Shown here: piece by piece, positions 42,915-51,302 of the stretch
Layout: each line of letters begins with the position of its first letter
Numbering within the stretch: the stretch's first letter is position 1
Source of the DNA: Solirubrobacterales bacterium
GTDB taxonomy: Bacteria > Actinomycetota > Thermoleophilia > Solirubrobacterales > 70-9
Length of the DNA: 61,591 nucleotides
NCBI GenBank assembly: GCA_035996525.1
Contig: DASYJK010000100.1
Coordinates: forward strand, 1 to 61,591
Reading direction: 5' to 3'
The notes under the pieces: model-generated
What the model saw: only the letters and a program-made list of their open reading frames with translations
The model's database searches: none
What the model was told of the DNA's origin: nothing
Program-made: the position numbers and the translations under genes

Positions 42915-45518
42915 ATGAGCTCGGGCGATCGACAGGACCCGAGGCCGATGATCGCGATCCTCGTCGGCGCTCTCAGCATCGCCGCCTGGCGGACCATCTC
43001 GCCCATCAGCCCCGGCCAGGTGCTCTCCGCCGTCGGCTCGCTCGCGCCCCTCGCTCTCGGCGCCCTCGCTATCGCCTCCGCGCTGGCTATGCAGCGGCTG
43101 CTCTTGACCAACCGCACGCTCGCCAGTCGCCGGGAGGTGGCCGTAGTGCCGGCCGACGACTTCGACCCCAAGACCGACGCCGTCCTTCGCTTCGCCGCCG
43201 AGCTCGCCGCGACCGAACGCCGTCTGCGCGGCCGGTTCGATCGCCGCGCCCAGGCGGTGCGGGTGCGACTCACCAACGACGCCGAGGGTCGGCTTGTCTA
43301 CCTGCTGAGCGTGCCGGAGCGGTCGGGCAAGGCTCTGCGGGGAGCCCTCGGCGCCTACGAGGGCTTCGAGGTGCGCGAGCCCAAGGACGTGCTCGGCGAG
43401 CGAAAGGGCGCCGAGGAGTTGGCCACCGTCCGAACCGAGCTGACCCTCGCCCGCTCGAGTCTCGAGCCCTTGGCCCAGCTCTCCTTGGAGCCCGATCCGC
43501 TGCAGGGCTTCGCCTCGGCCCTCGAGGTCTCCCGGTCGAAGAAGGGGGAGGAGGTCAGCGTCTGCATTGACCTACTCCCAGCCTCTGGCCATCGCCGCGA
43601 ACGCCTGCGCCGCTCCCTGCGCCGACGGGCCGCCCGCAAGTACGGCGAGCGCCCGAGTCTGCTCGAGCGCCTCGAAGGCAACGAGCGCAGCAAGGGTCGC
43701 CCCGGCCCGGACAAGCTGCTCGAGCGCCGGATGGTCAACGACGCTCTGGAGGAGAAACTGCGCGACGCCGGCACGCTCTTCGAAGCGCAGATCCTGCTGC
43801 GCTGCCGGGCCGTCGATCGCGCTCGCGCCAAGTCGACGATGCAGCTCCTGCTCGGCGCCTTTGCGCCCTTCACCGCCCAGAATTGGCTGCGCGCCCGCGG
43901 CCTCTCGCTCGGCCTTGCCTTCCTCGGCTCCGACCTGCCGCTGCGGCGCGCGCGCTTCGACCGCCGCATGGACACCGGCCTCTTCGCTCCGCCCAAGCGC
44001 GCGGTCCTGACCGCCAGCGAGATGGCCGGCTTCCTCAAGCCTCCGAGCATGCACTGCAGGGGCGACAACGTCGCCCGGGCCGGGACGCTGCTCGCAGCGG
44101 CGCCGAAGCTGCCGGAGTTCAGGCCGGACAAGGCCGACGTGATCCCCCTCGGCAAGGTCGGCACCAACGGCTCTGAGCGCGTCCTCGGCGTCAGGGCCGC
44201 CGACACCTTCTTCTCCTACATCGCCGGCCGCTCGCGTTATGGCAAGACCGAGCTCGCGATCGCCCAGTTCGTCCACCTGGTCCGCTCGGGCCATGGCGGC
44301 TTCTTCCTCGACCCCCACGGCGATGCCCTGGAGCGGATCCGTCCCTACCTGAGCGATCCGAAGCTGCGCAGCCGGGTGGTGGAGATCGACCTCGGCCCCG
44401 GCCATGCCGCGGCTCAGCCCGGCTGGAACCTCTTCGAGCTCGGCGGCGAGGACGGAGGGGAGGAGCGGGTCGCCGCGTTGGTCGACGCCTTCTCCTCGGT
44501 GCTCGAATGGGGCGAGCGCTCGACGCGGGCGATCAACCTGACGAGTCACGCCGCGGCCGCCCTGGTGCGGATCGCCAAGGTGTTGCCGCCCGAGTTGGCG
44601 CCGACGATCTTTCAGCTGCCGACCCTGCTCTCCGACAAGATCTGGCGGGAGGCGACCATGCCCTTCCTGCCCGCGGCCTCCCGGCGCTTCTGGCGCGACC
44701 GCTTCCCGCTGCTCAGTCCCGAGGCGATCACCCCGGTCACCAACCTCGTCGACCGCCTGCAGCTCTCAAGCGCTATGCGCACCCTGCTCGGCCAGAGCCA
44801 GGGCAGCTTCCGCATCCGCGAGGCGATGGACGAGGGGCTAATCGTCCTCGCCTGCCCGGGCGCCGGCCACTCGCAGGAGCGCTTGCTGGCGAACCTGCTG
44901 GTCTTCGACCTCCTGCACTCCGCTCGCAGCCGCGGCGAGCTGGCCGCGAAGAGGCGAAAGCCCTTCTGGGTCTTCCTCGACGAGGTGCAGAGCTATGACG
45001 GCGGGGGCTCGGGCAGCCTCGCCGCTCTGCTCGAGCAGAGCGCCAAGTTCGGGCTGCGGGCCGTACTCCTGAACCAGAACCCCGAGCGGCTCTCCGCCCA
45101 GACCCTGAACGCGCTCACCACCAACCGCTCCCACATGCTGGCCACCGCGCTCAACTCCCACGCGGCGGCGCTGCTGACCAAAGAGTGGGGTGGGCAGCCG
45201 AGCCCCGCTGTCATGGTCGGGCTGCCGCGCTTTCAGTTCGTCACCCAGGTCACCCACGAAGGAGAGCTAAGCCGCCCCTTTGCCCTTCGAGGGATCCGGG
45301 TCGAGGACGTGCACGAGAAGTCGGAGGCCGGTACCGGCGGACCCCTCGGCGGTGCCGTCCGGCGGGCGGAGCCCGCGCAGGTCTCCGAGCACTTGGAGAC
45401 GCTCGATGACCGGATCCTCGCTCACCTGAAGGGCCTCGCCCCACCCGCCGAGGAGGAGCCCGAAGAGCCCGAGGAGGAGAGTCCGTACTGGCTCGGAGGC
45501 AAGACCGGTGGCAACTGA
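42915..45518 (+). CDS. TraD/VirD4-like (type IV coupling protein-like) membrane-anchored P-loop ATPase
   Basis: Two N-terminal TM helices, Walker A GRSRYGKT, Walker B FWVFLDEVQSY; followed by a replication-relaxation gene. Confidence 0.7.
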   Translation: MSSGDRQDPRPMIAILVGALSIAAWRTISPISPGQVLSAVGSLAPLALGALAIASALAMQRLLLTNRTLASRREVAVVPADDFDPKTDAVLRFAAELAATERRLRGRFDRRAQAVRVRLTNDAEGRLVYLLSVPERSGKALRGALGAYEGFEVREPKDVLGERKGAEELATVRTELTLARSSLEPLAQLSLEPDPLQGFASALEVSRSKKGEEVSVCIDLLPASGHRRERLRRSLRRRAARKYGERPSLLERLEGNERSKGRPGPDKLLERRMVNDALEEKLRDAGTLFEAQILLRCRAVDRARAKSTMQLLLGAFAPFTAQNWLRARGLSLGLAFLGSDLPLRRARFDRRMDTGLFAPPKRAVLTASEMAGFLKPPSMHCRGDNVARAGTLLAAAPKLPEFRPDKADVIPLGKVGTNGSERVLGVRAADTFFSYIAGRSRYGKTELAIAQFVHLVRSGHGGFFLDPHGDALERIRPYLSDPKLRSRVVEIDLGPGHAAAQPGWNLFELGGEDGGEERVAALVDAFSSVLEWGERSTRAINLTSHAAAALVRIAKVLPPELAPTIFQLPTLLSDKIWREATMPFLPAASRRFWRDRFPLLSPEAITPVTNLVDRLQLSSAMRTLLGQSQGSFRIREAMDEGLIVLACPGAGHSQERLLANLLVFDLLHSARSRGELAAKRRKPFWVFLDEVQSYDGGGSGSLAALLEQSAKFGLRAVLLNQNPERLSAQTLNALTTNRSHMLATALNSHAAALLTKEWGGQPSPAVMVGLPRFQFVTQVTHEGELSRPFALRGIRVEDVHEKSEAGTGGPLGGAVRRAEPAQVSEHLETLDDRILAHLKGLAPPAEEEPEEPEEESPYWLGGKTGGN

Positions 45519-46413
45519 GACGAGCGCCCGGCCCGCCGCCGGCCTGCCCGAGACGGCGGTCGAGATCCTCGCCTCCCTGATCCAGCACCGAGTGCTCACG
45601 ACCGAGCAGGTGAGGGAGGTCCACCTGCCCGCGAGTCACAGTCGCTGGGCGCAGCAGGTGCTGGGCCGATTGAGGGAGGCGGAGCTGGTTGCCTTCAGCC
45701 GCCCACCGCATTCCGGCCAGAGGCTCTGGTTTGCGACCGAGCATGGGCTGAGGCTGGCGCAGGAGGCCCACGCCCTGGAGGAGAGCCCGAGGCCGCTGTC
45801 GGCGAGCGACGTCGCCGGACAGCTCCGCGCCCACACTCTCGCCGTCAACGACGCCGGCATCGCCTTCCTGCGCGCGGCGCGCGAGCGGGGCGATGAGTTC
45901 GGGCCGCTCTCATGGCGCCACGAGGTAGCGCATCCACTCTCCCGCGGCCGCGGCCGTCGACGCCGCACCCTCATCGCCGACGCGGTGCTTACCTACCTGC
46001 GAGAGGAGGGAGGGCGCCTCGCCCTCGAGCAGCGCTTCCTGGAGCTCGACCGGGCGACCCTCTCGGTCGACCGCCTGGTCGCCGAGCTCGCCCGCTACGC
46101 GGAACTGCATCGGTTCAAGGGCAGCGACGGGGAGCCGGTCTGGAAGCAGCACTACCCGCGCTTCCCGAGGGTCCACTGCGTCCTCGCCGGCGCCTCCCGA
46201 GCCGCGCTCGAGCGCCGACAGGCCAGCGTCAGCGCCCTGCTCTGTGGCAACCCTCGGTTCGCCGGGGCGCGTGCGGTGCGGATCTCGATCTGCCTTCTGG
46301 GGGACCTTGTGAGTCAGGGACCCTTCGCACCGATCTTCGGCGACGTCCGCCAACCCGAGCGGGCGGTCGACTGGCTCGGGAGCCCGCCGGCTGGCGAGGA
46401 GAGGAAGCGCTAG
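45508..46413 (+). CDS. Replication-relaxation family protein (relaxase-like)
   Basis: ILASLIQHRVLTTEQV..., HTLAVNDAGIAF, ADAVLTY...LELDRAT; GGAGG 8 nt before GTG 45508, overlaps the upstream stop. Confidence 0.7.
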   Translation: MATETSARPAAGLPETAVEILASLIQHRVLTTEQVREVHLPASHSRWAQQVLGRLREAELVAFSRPPHSGQRLWFATEHGLRLAQEAHALEESPRPLSASDVAGQLRAHTLAVNDAGIAFLRAARERGDEFGPLSWRHEVAHPLSRGRGRRRRTLIADAVLTYLREEGGRLALEQRFLELDRATLSVDRLVAELARYAELHRFKGSDGEPVWKQHYPRFPRVHCVLAGASRAALERRQASVSALLCGNPRFAGARAVRISICLLGDLVSQGPFAPIFGDVRQPERAVDWLGSPPAGEERKR

Positions 46414-46889
46414 TGGTGGACCGTGGAAGCAACGCACGCCGGGGGCACCAGGGCGAGACCCGCCATCGCTCGCGCCATCCCGAGGAGGTTCGTCTCACCA
46501 GCGAGACGATCGAGGTTCTGGCTCAGCGGATCGCCAAGCTGGTGAGGGTAGATCGCCCGACCGCGCAGCCGCCCCGACTGATGAACGCTGCCGAGGTCGC
46601 GCAGTGGTGCGGCGTCGATCGCTCCTGGGTCTACACCCATGCCGATGAGCTCGGGGCCCGCCGGCTCGGCGGTGGAGAGCGCCCGCGACTGCGCTTCGAT
46701 CCGAGCGAGGTGAGCGCCCGGATCGACACGATCGGGGCCTCCGAGTCTCGCCTTGGGCCTGGATCGGTGTCGATTGCCGGCGATGCCCGCCGCGACTCGC
46801 TTCCACGCCGACACAGAGCTATTGTCGGCAGGCAAGCAAGAACGGCCGGGCGGCGCAGGAACGCCCCCGGCCCGGCGCCGGAGAAGTGA
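46413..46889 (+). CDS. Excisionase-like (MerR-type) HTH protein
   Basis: LMNAAEVAQWCGVDRSWVYTHADELGARRLGGGERPRLRFDPSEV; directly upstream of the integrase; start uncertain (GTG 46413 overlapping TAG). Confidence 0.5.
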   Translation: MVDRGSNARRGHQGETRHRSRHPEEVRLTSETIEVLAQRIAKLVRVDRPTAQPPRLMNAAEVAQWCGVDRSWVYTHADELGARRLGGGERPRLRFDPSEVSARIDTIGASESRLGPGSVSIAGDARRDSLPRRHRAIVGRQARTAGRRRNAPGPAPEK

Positions 46890-46989
46890 CCTACGGCGCG
46901 ATGATCAGCCTAGAGGCGAGGAGGTCCCTGTCGCCACTTGGCGGTCGCGCCTGCCGTGCTCCGACGCCCCCGGACAGGAGGTGATCCGA

Positions 46990-48285
46990 GTGGCTGGAAG
47001 ATCGGAAGGGCAGGTTCTGGAGAGGCGATGGAAGAGCGGTCGCGGATACGCCCTTCGCTTCCGCGCCTACGGGGAGCGCCAGTACCTGACGCTCGGCCTG
47101 GAGTCCGAAGGCTGGACCCGCAAGCGCGCCGAGCAGGAGCTCGACAACGTAATGGCCGATGTGAGGCGCGGACTTTGGGTTCCTCCGCCGCGGGGCCGAA
47201 AGGCCGCCGATGAGCGGGCCACGCAGACGATGCCGACCTTCGGTGAGTTCGCCTTGCGCCTGCACGAGGCGCGCCGAGGTGAAGTCAGCCGGCACACCCA
47301 CGAGTACATGGAGTGGTCGCTCAGCCACCTGATCCCCTACTTCGGCGACTGGCCGCTGGACGAGATCGACGTCCCGGCGGTCGACGCCTACCGTCGCTAC
47401 ATGGTCGAGCTCTCCGATGCCCGGCGCCGCGCGATCGAGGCCGAAAACCCGATGCGCAACAAGCACGGGCAGGTTCTGCGGCCGCTCGGCGCCTCGACGA
47501 TCAACAAAGCGATCGACGGGCTGCAGTGGGTTCTTTCGATGGCGGTGGAGTACGAACACATCCACCGCAATCCGGCGCTGGGCAGACGCCGCCGGCTCAA
47601 GGTGACGAAGCGCGCACCCGTGCACCTCGACTCGGTTGAGCAGATCAAGACGCTGCTGGAGGCCGCTGGCCAGCTTGACCGCGACTGCCACTTTCACACG
47701 ACCGACCGTCGTCCGATCATCGCGACGCTCCTCTTCGCCGGCCTCAGAGCCAACGAACTCTGCGCTCTGACCTGGCGCGACGTCGATCTCGCCAACGGCC
47801 GCCTTCACATCGCGCGCTCGAAGACCACGGCCGGGCTGCGGGAGATCCACCTGCTGCCGATCCTCCGCGACGAACTCGCAATGCAGAAGGCGCGTGCCGC
47901 TCGCACCGGAGCTGACGATTCGGTCTTTCCCACCAGCGCGGGCGGTCGGCGGGACAAGGACAACCTGCGCAACCGAGTCCTCGCCTCTGCCGTTAAACGG
48001 GCGAACGAACTGCTGGAGGAACGGGGCGCGATGCCGCTACCGCGTGGTCTGACGCCGCACAAACTGCGGCACACCTTCGCCTCGATCCTCGTCGCGACCG
48101 GCGAGGACCCCGCCTCGGTGATGACCCAGCTCGGCCACACCGATCCGAAGTTCACCCTGCGCGTCTACACCCACATCATGCGCCGGGGAGATGCGGAGCG
48201 GGACCGGCTCAAGGCGCTGGTCAACGGGGAGAGCTTCGAGGAAAGAGGGTTGGATCTAGCCGACGAGAAAGGGGCGCGTCAGTGA
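46990..48285 (+). CDS. int: Tyrosine site-specific integrase
   Basis: AGGAGG 8 nt before GTG 46990; N-terminal SAM-like core-binding region, LFAGLRANEL (Arg I), HKLRHTFAS (H-x-x-R), LGHTDPKFTLRVYTH (catalytic Tyr). Confidence 0.9.
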   Translation: MAGRSEGQVLERRWKSGRGYALRFRAYGERQYLTLGLESEGWTRKRAEQELDNVMADVRRGLWVPPPRGRKAADERATQTMPTFGEFALRLHEARRGEVSRHTHEYMEWSLSHLIPYFGDWPLDEIDVPAVDAYRRYMVELSDARRRAIEAENPMRNKHGQVLRPLGASTINKAIDGLQWVLSMAVEYEHIHRNPALGRRRRLKVTKRAPVHLDSVEQIKTLLEAAGQLDRDCHFHTTDRRPIIATLLFAGLRANELCALTWRDVDLANGRLHIARSKTTAGLREIHLLPILRDELAMQKARAARTGADDSVFPTSAGGRRDKDNLRNRVLASAVKRANELLEERGAMPLPRGLTPHKLRHTFASILVATGEDPASVMTQLGHTDPKFTLRVYTHIMRRGDAERDRLKALVNGESFEERGLDLADEKGARQ

Positions 48286-48497
48286 CTGCATCGGCGATCG
48301 GCATCTTGATCCTCGCCCTCCTGGGCTTCTGGTTCCTCGGCGGGCTGCTGCTGCGGGTCGGCGGTGTGCTCCTCGTTCTCCTCGGCGCGATGGGCCTCGC
48401 CGTCACCGGCAACGCCAGCGGCGTCATCCCACTTGCCGTGGGTGCGTGTCTTTGGTTCGCCGGCAGGCTGCACTACGCCGCGCGTCACCGCGCCTGA
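48282..48497 (+). CDS. Small hydrophobic (2-3 TM) protein
   Basis: GTG overlaps integrase stop (GTGA); 71 aa almost entirely hydrophobic. Confidence 0.45.
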   Translation: MTASAIGILILALLGFWFLGGLLLRVGGVLLVLLGAMGLAVTGNASGVIPLAVGACLWFAGRLHYAARHRA

Positions 48498-48547
48498 CCC
48501 ACAGGCGCGCTCGTGCCTACACGCATCAGGAAATAGCAAGGGATGAT

Positions 48548-49099
48548 TTGAGAACAGATAGGGTTCTCGCCGTGTCTGCCTGGGGATGGTTGAGACTCGC
48601 CGCGACGGCGCTCATGGTCGCCGTACTTGCTGGGTGTGGAACCGCATCGCATTCAACTGCGGGCTCCGCAACGGTGTCGCAGCCGCCCAAGCAGCAGATG
48701 TCCGAGCGGGAACACCGGCGTGCGGTCCGTGAAACCCGTGAAGCCGAAGAAACCGCTGAAATGGCCCGCCGACGGAAGGCAGCGCGTCGCCGCGCCAAGG
48801 CACACGCGGCGCACACGGTGGCTTCCGGCGTGGCGCCGCTCACTGAGCAGTTGTATCGCCAGTGGACGGGGGTTGAAAGGGACAACTTCCAGCTCGCGTA
48901 TGAAATCTGCGGATCCCAGCCCATGTCGCAGTCGGCCGAAGAATGGGAAACGTCGGACGACCCGTCTTCCATTGCCCATGCCTATGGCCTCGAATATCAG
49001 GAATGGGCTCGGGCGCCTGTCGAAGAGGGGTGCCTGCGGGCATTTTTGGACTCCAGTGCCCAATGGGAAGCAGAGCTTGAAGCCCACAGCAAGCTCTGA
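48548..49099 (+). CDS. Putative lipoprotein
   Basis: LRLAATALMVAVLAGCG lipobox; several possible starts (TTG 48548, GTG 48572, TTG 48590). Confidence 0.55.
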   Translation: MRTDRVLAVSAWGWLRLAATALMVAVLAGCGTASHSTAGSATVSQPPKQQMSEREHRRAVRETREAEETAEMARRRKAARRRAKAHAAHTVASGVAPLTEQLYRQWTGVERDNFQLAYEICGSQPMSQSAEEWETSDDPSSIAHAYGLEYQEWARAPVEEGCLRAFLDSSAQWEAELEAHSKL

Positions 49100-49141
49100 G
49101 GCTTCTGCGGTAGCGGCTTCAGTCCAGGAGACGCTGCGCGC

Positions 49142-49468
49142 CTATTCATCAGGACGGTCGGGTTCCACCTCGAACTTGACCTCGTAGCCGGCGTCGTATT
49201 CAAGCTCCACGACGGCGGGAGTCCATGTCACCCCGGCGAGAAGGTCGTCGAGGGTGATGCCGAGCCCTCCGGCGAGCCTGACGTAAGTGTCGAGTAGCCC
49301 GAGAACCTTTCCATTCTCGATGTCACCGATCCCGCCGGGAGACACCATCGCCCGCCTGCCAAGTGCTTCCTGGGAGTAGCCGGCGCGCTTTCGCTGCAGG
49401 AAAAGGTTGTCGGCGAGCCTCGCCCTCGCCTCATAGGAGAGGTCCCCGGGTCTCCCGGCAGCGTTCAT
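49142..49468 (-). CDS. XRE-family HTH protein, paralogue 4 of tandem array
   Basis: RLADNLFLQRKRAGYSQEALG...DIENGKVLGLLDTYVRLAGGLGITLDDLLAGVTW. Confidence 0.75.
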   Translation of the reverse strand: MNAAGRPGDLSYEARARLADNLFLQRKRAGYSQEALGRRAMVSPGGIGDIENGKVLGLLDTYVRLAGGLGITLDDLLAGVTWTPAVVELEYDAGYEVKFEVEPDRPDE

Positions 49469-49815
49469 CGAGCCTGTCTACGCAGGGCGGCGACCTCCGC
49501 CGTGAGCGCTTTGTCGTCCGGAACGTCAAAACCTCCCGACGCCAGGATTACCTCTGCTGGTACCCAGAGAATCCCGGCCGTCAGGTCGTTGGGAGTCGTC
49601 CCCAATGCTCCGGCCACCCGAATGAAGGTATCGATCCGGGGCAGCGTCTGTCCCAGCTCCTGCGCCGAGATGGCGGTCTTGTGGGTCTCGGCGCGGAATG
49701 CGAGCTCTTCCTGGCTGATACCCAGACCCAGACGCTTGCGGCGATCGTGCAGGTTGGCGCCGAATCGCGCCCGGAGTTCATCAGAGGGTGGACCGGATCT
49801 CCTGGGCCGGCTCAA
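49465..49815 (-). CDS. XRE-family HTH protein, paralogue 3
   Basis: RFGANLHDRRKRLGLGISQEELAF...ELGQTLPRIDTFIRVAGALGTTPNDLTAGILW; ATGA overlaps on both sides. Confidence 0.75.
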   Translation of the reverse strand: MSRPRRSGPPSDELRARFGANLHDRRKRLGLGISQEELAFRAETHKTAISAQELGQTLPRIDTFIRVAGALGTTPNDLTAGILWVPAEVILASGGFDVPDDKALTAEVAALRRQAR

Positions 49816-50117
49816 TGCGAACCTCGCCTGACACGAGCAAGTCGCTCGGATCCGTCTTCGATGAAGTACTGGCCCGCCACGTAATGGCCGGCCTGCCAGT
49901 GCATTCCCTCCAGCAGGTTGCAGGTCGAGACCTCCAAGCCCGCCGCCAGTTTGAGGATCGTGTCCAGGCGGGGGAGTCGCTGTCCGCGCTCGAGCTCGCC
50001 GACGTCAGCCCTGTGGAGCTCGCTCAAGTGGGCGAGCTCCTCTTGGCTGAAGCCGGCGTGTCGGCGCGAGCGCCAGACGTTGCGGCCGAATCGGGTGGCG
50101 AGCTGGGACTCCATCAA
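49812..50117 (-). CDS. XRE-family HTH protein, paralogue 2
   Basis: RFGRNVWRSRRHAGFSQEELAHLSELHRADVGELERGQRLPRLDTILKLAAGLEVSTCNLLEGMHW. Confidence 0.75.
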   Translation of the reverse strand: MMESQLATRFGRNVWRSRRHAGFSQEELAHLSELHRADVGELERGQRLPRLDTILKLAAGLEVSTCNLLEGMHWQAGHYVAGQYFIEDGSERLARVRRGSH

Positions 50118-50422
50118 CCACCCCTGGTGCTGTCGCTACCAGCGTAGGAACCGGAGTGCTGGACCCAGCTTCCGAGCCGCCACGCCATCCCGGCCAAGAG
50201 CTCGCAGGGCTCGGCTTCGATTGCGCCGCCGAGCTTCACGATCGTGTCCAGGCGCGGCAGCCGCAGGCCGCGCTCCAGCAGGCTGATCTGGGTCCTGTGC
50301 AGGCCGGCGCGCTCGGCGGTCTGCTCCTGAGAGAGATCGACCCGATCGCGGAGCACGATGAGGTTCTCGGCGAAGCGTCGTTTGAGATCGGCACGTGTGG
50401 AGATGGCTGCGGGCGGCGTCAC
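50114..50422 (-). CDS. XRE-family HTH protein, paralogue 1
   Basis: RFAENLIVLRDRVDLSQEQTAERAGLHRTQISLLERGLRLPRLDTIVKLGGAIEAEPCELLAGMAW. Confidence 0.75.
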   Translation of the reverse strand: MTPPAAISTRADLKRRFAENLIVLRDRVDLSQEQTAERAGLHRTQISLLERGLRLPRLDTIVKLGGAIEAEPCELLAGMAWRLGSWVQHSGSYAGSDSTRGG

Positions 50423-50820
50423 CCGGCGCCTCCGCCTCGGCTAATGGCGCCCAGGACCCGGCCGCATGCCTCGACAGCCAGGTCGGTCCGGTGCAGGACC
50501 TCGCGGTCATCGCCCGAGCGCGGCAGCGTGTCGGCGTAGAGCTGGGAGGCTTCGTCGCGTAGGCGCTCGATCACTCGCTTCAGGTCCTCGACCGGCATCG
50601 TCAACTCGACGCTCCCATCGGCCGGTAGATCGGAGTGATCGGGCCAGCCAAGGTCCTCGAGCAGCAGCCGTAGGTCATCGGCGAAGGCGTGGCCGAGGGT
50701 GCCTGCCTTCTCGTATTCGCGTGACTCGATGGCGAGCCAGAGGTCTCCGATTCCACTCAGGTGGTCGAGGACCTGCGTGTAGAGGGCCTCGCGCTGGGCG
50801 GCGGTAATGGTGACGGGCAT
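50419..50820 (-). CDS. Hypothetical helical protein, first gene of the XRE-array operon
   Basis: GAGGAGGG 4-5 nt before ATG 50820 (MPVTITAAQREALY...); stop overlaps next start (ATGA). Confidence 0.55.
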   Translation of the reverse strand: MPVTITAAQREALYTQVLDHLSGIGDLWLAIESREYEKAGTLGHAFADDLRLLLEDLGWPDHSDLPADGSVELTMPVEDLKRVIERLRDEASQLYADTLPRSGDDREVLHRTDLAVEACGRVLGAISRGGGAG

Positions 50821-51145
50821 GGCGCCCTCCTCTCGGTAGGGCACCGAGGCGCAGCCGTGATGCCGCCCGATCGCTAGATCGGCGAGTACGGTTCCTCGTG
50901 CATCGAAGGCTTCTACTTCGGTGCCGGCCCCGGGGTGTTCATGCACCGCCGGGGCACTATCTATCTGTTGCCCGACCGTAGCTCTGTGCGCCGCTCAAAG
51001 CGAGTCCGAATCGGCGTCAATCGCCACCAATCCGCGCATATCGGCGCCATTTGAGGCACTCGTGCCCGAAAAAGTGCCCAAAGGACGGCGCTTCTCCGTG
51101 GCGAGTAAAACGCGGAAGTCGCCGACGTGCAGGGACTTCCAGAAG

Positions 51146-51218
51146 TGGAGCTAGGCGGATTCGAACCGCCGACCTCCTGGGTGCGATCCAGGCGCTCTGC
51201 CAGCTGAGCTATAGCCCC
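51146..51218 (-). tRNA. tRNA-Ala (anticodon CGC)
   Basis: GGGGCTA/TAGCTCC acceptor with G3:U70, D arm GCTC..GAGC, anticodon loop ATCGCAC, T arm GGCGG-TTCGAAT-CCGCC, discriminator A; CCA not encoded. Confidence 0.9.
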
Positions 51219-51302
51219 GCGATGCTTGGCTGGGAAGTTGATCCCATTGCCGCGCAAGCGCAAGGATAACCGCATAGTCTTTGGCAGCCTCACGGAACCG
51301 CC

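Larger units (their letters stand above)
27122..51187. mobile_element. About 24 kb integrative (mobilisable) element / genomic island in tRNA-Ala(CGC)
   Basis: 44-bp direct repeats at both ends, tyrosine integrase, Xis-like HTH, coupling-protein-like ATPase, replication-relaxation protein, R-M and nuclease-rich cargo, patchy lower GC. Confidence 0.75.

Noticed and set aside
42649-42918. 89-aa ORF in the methylase/coupling-protein intergenic region
   Set aside because: It has no ribosome-binding site and odd composition. It runs into the better-supported start of the coupling-protein gene. I kept the region as non-coding (oriT/regulatory candidate).
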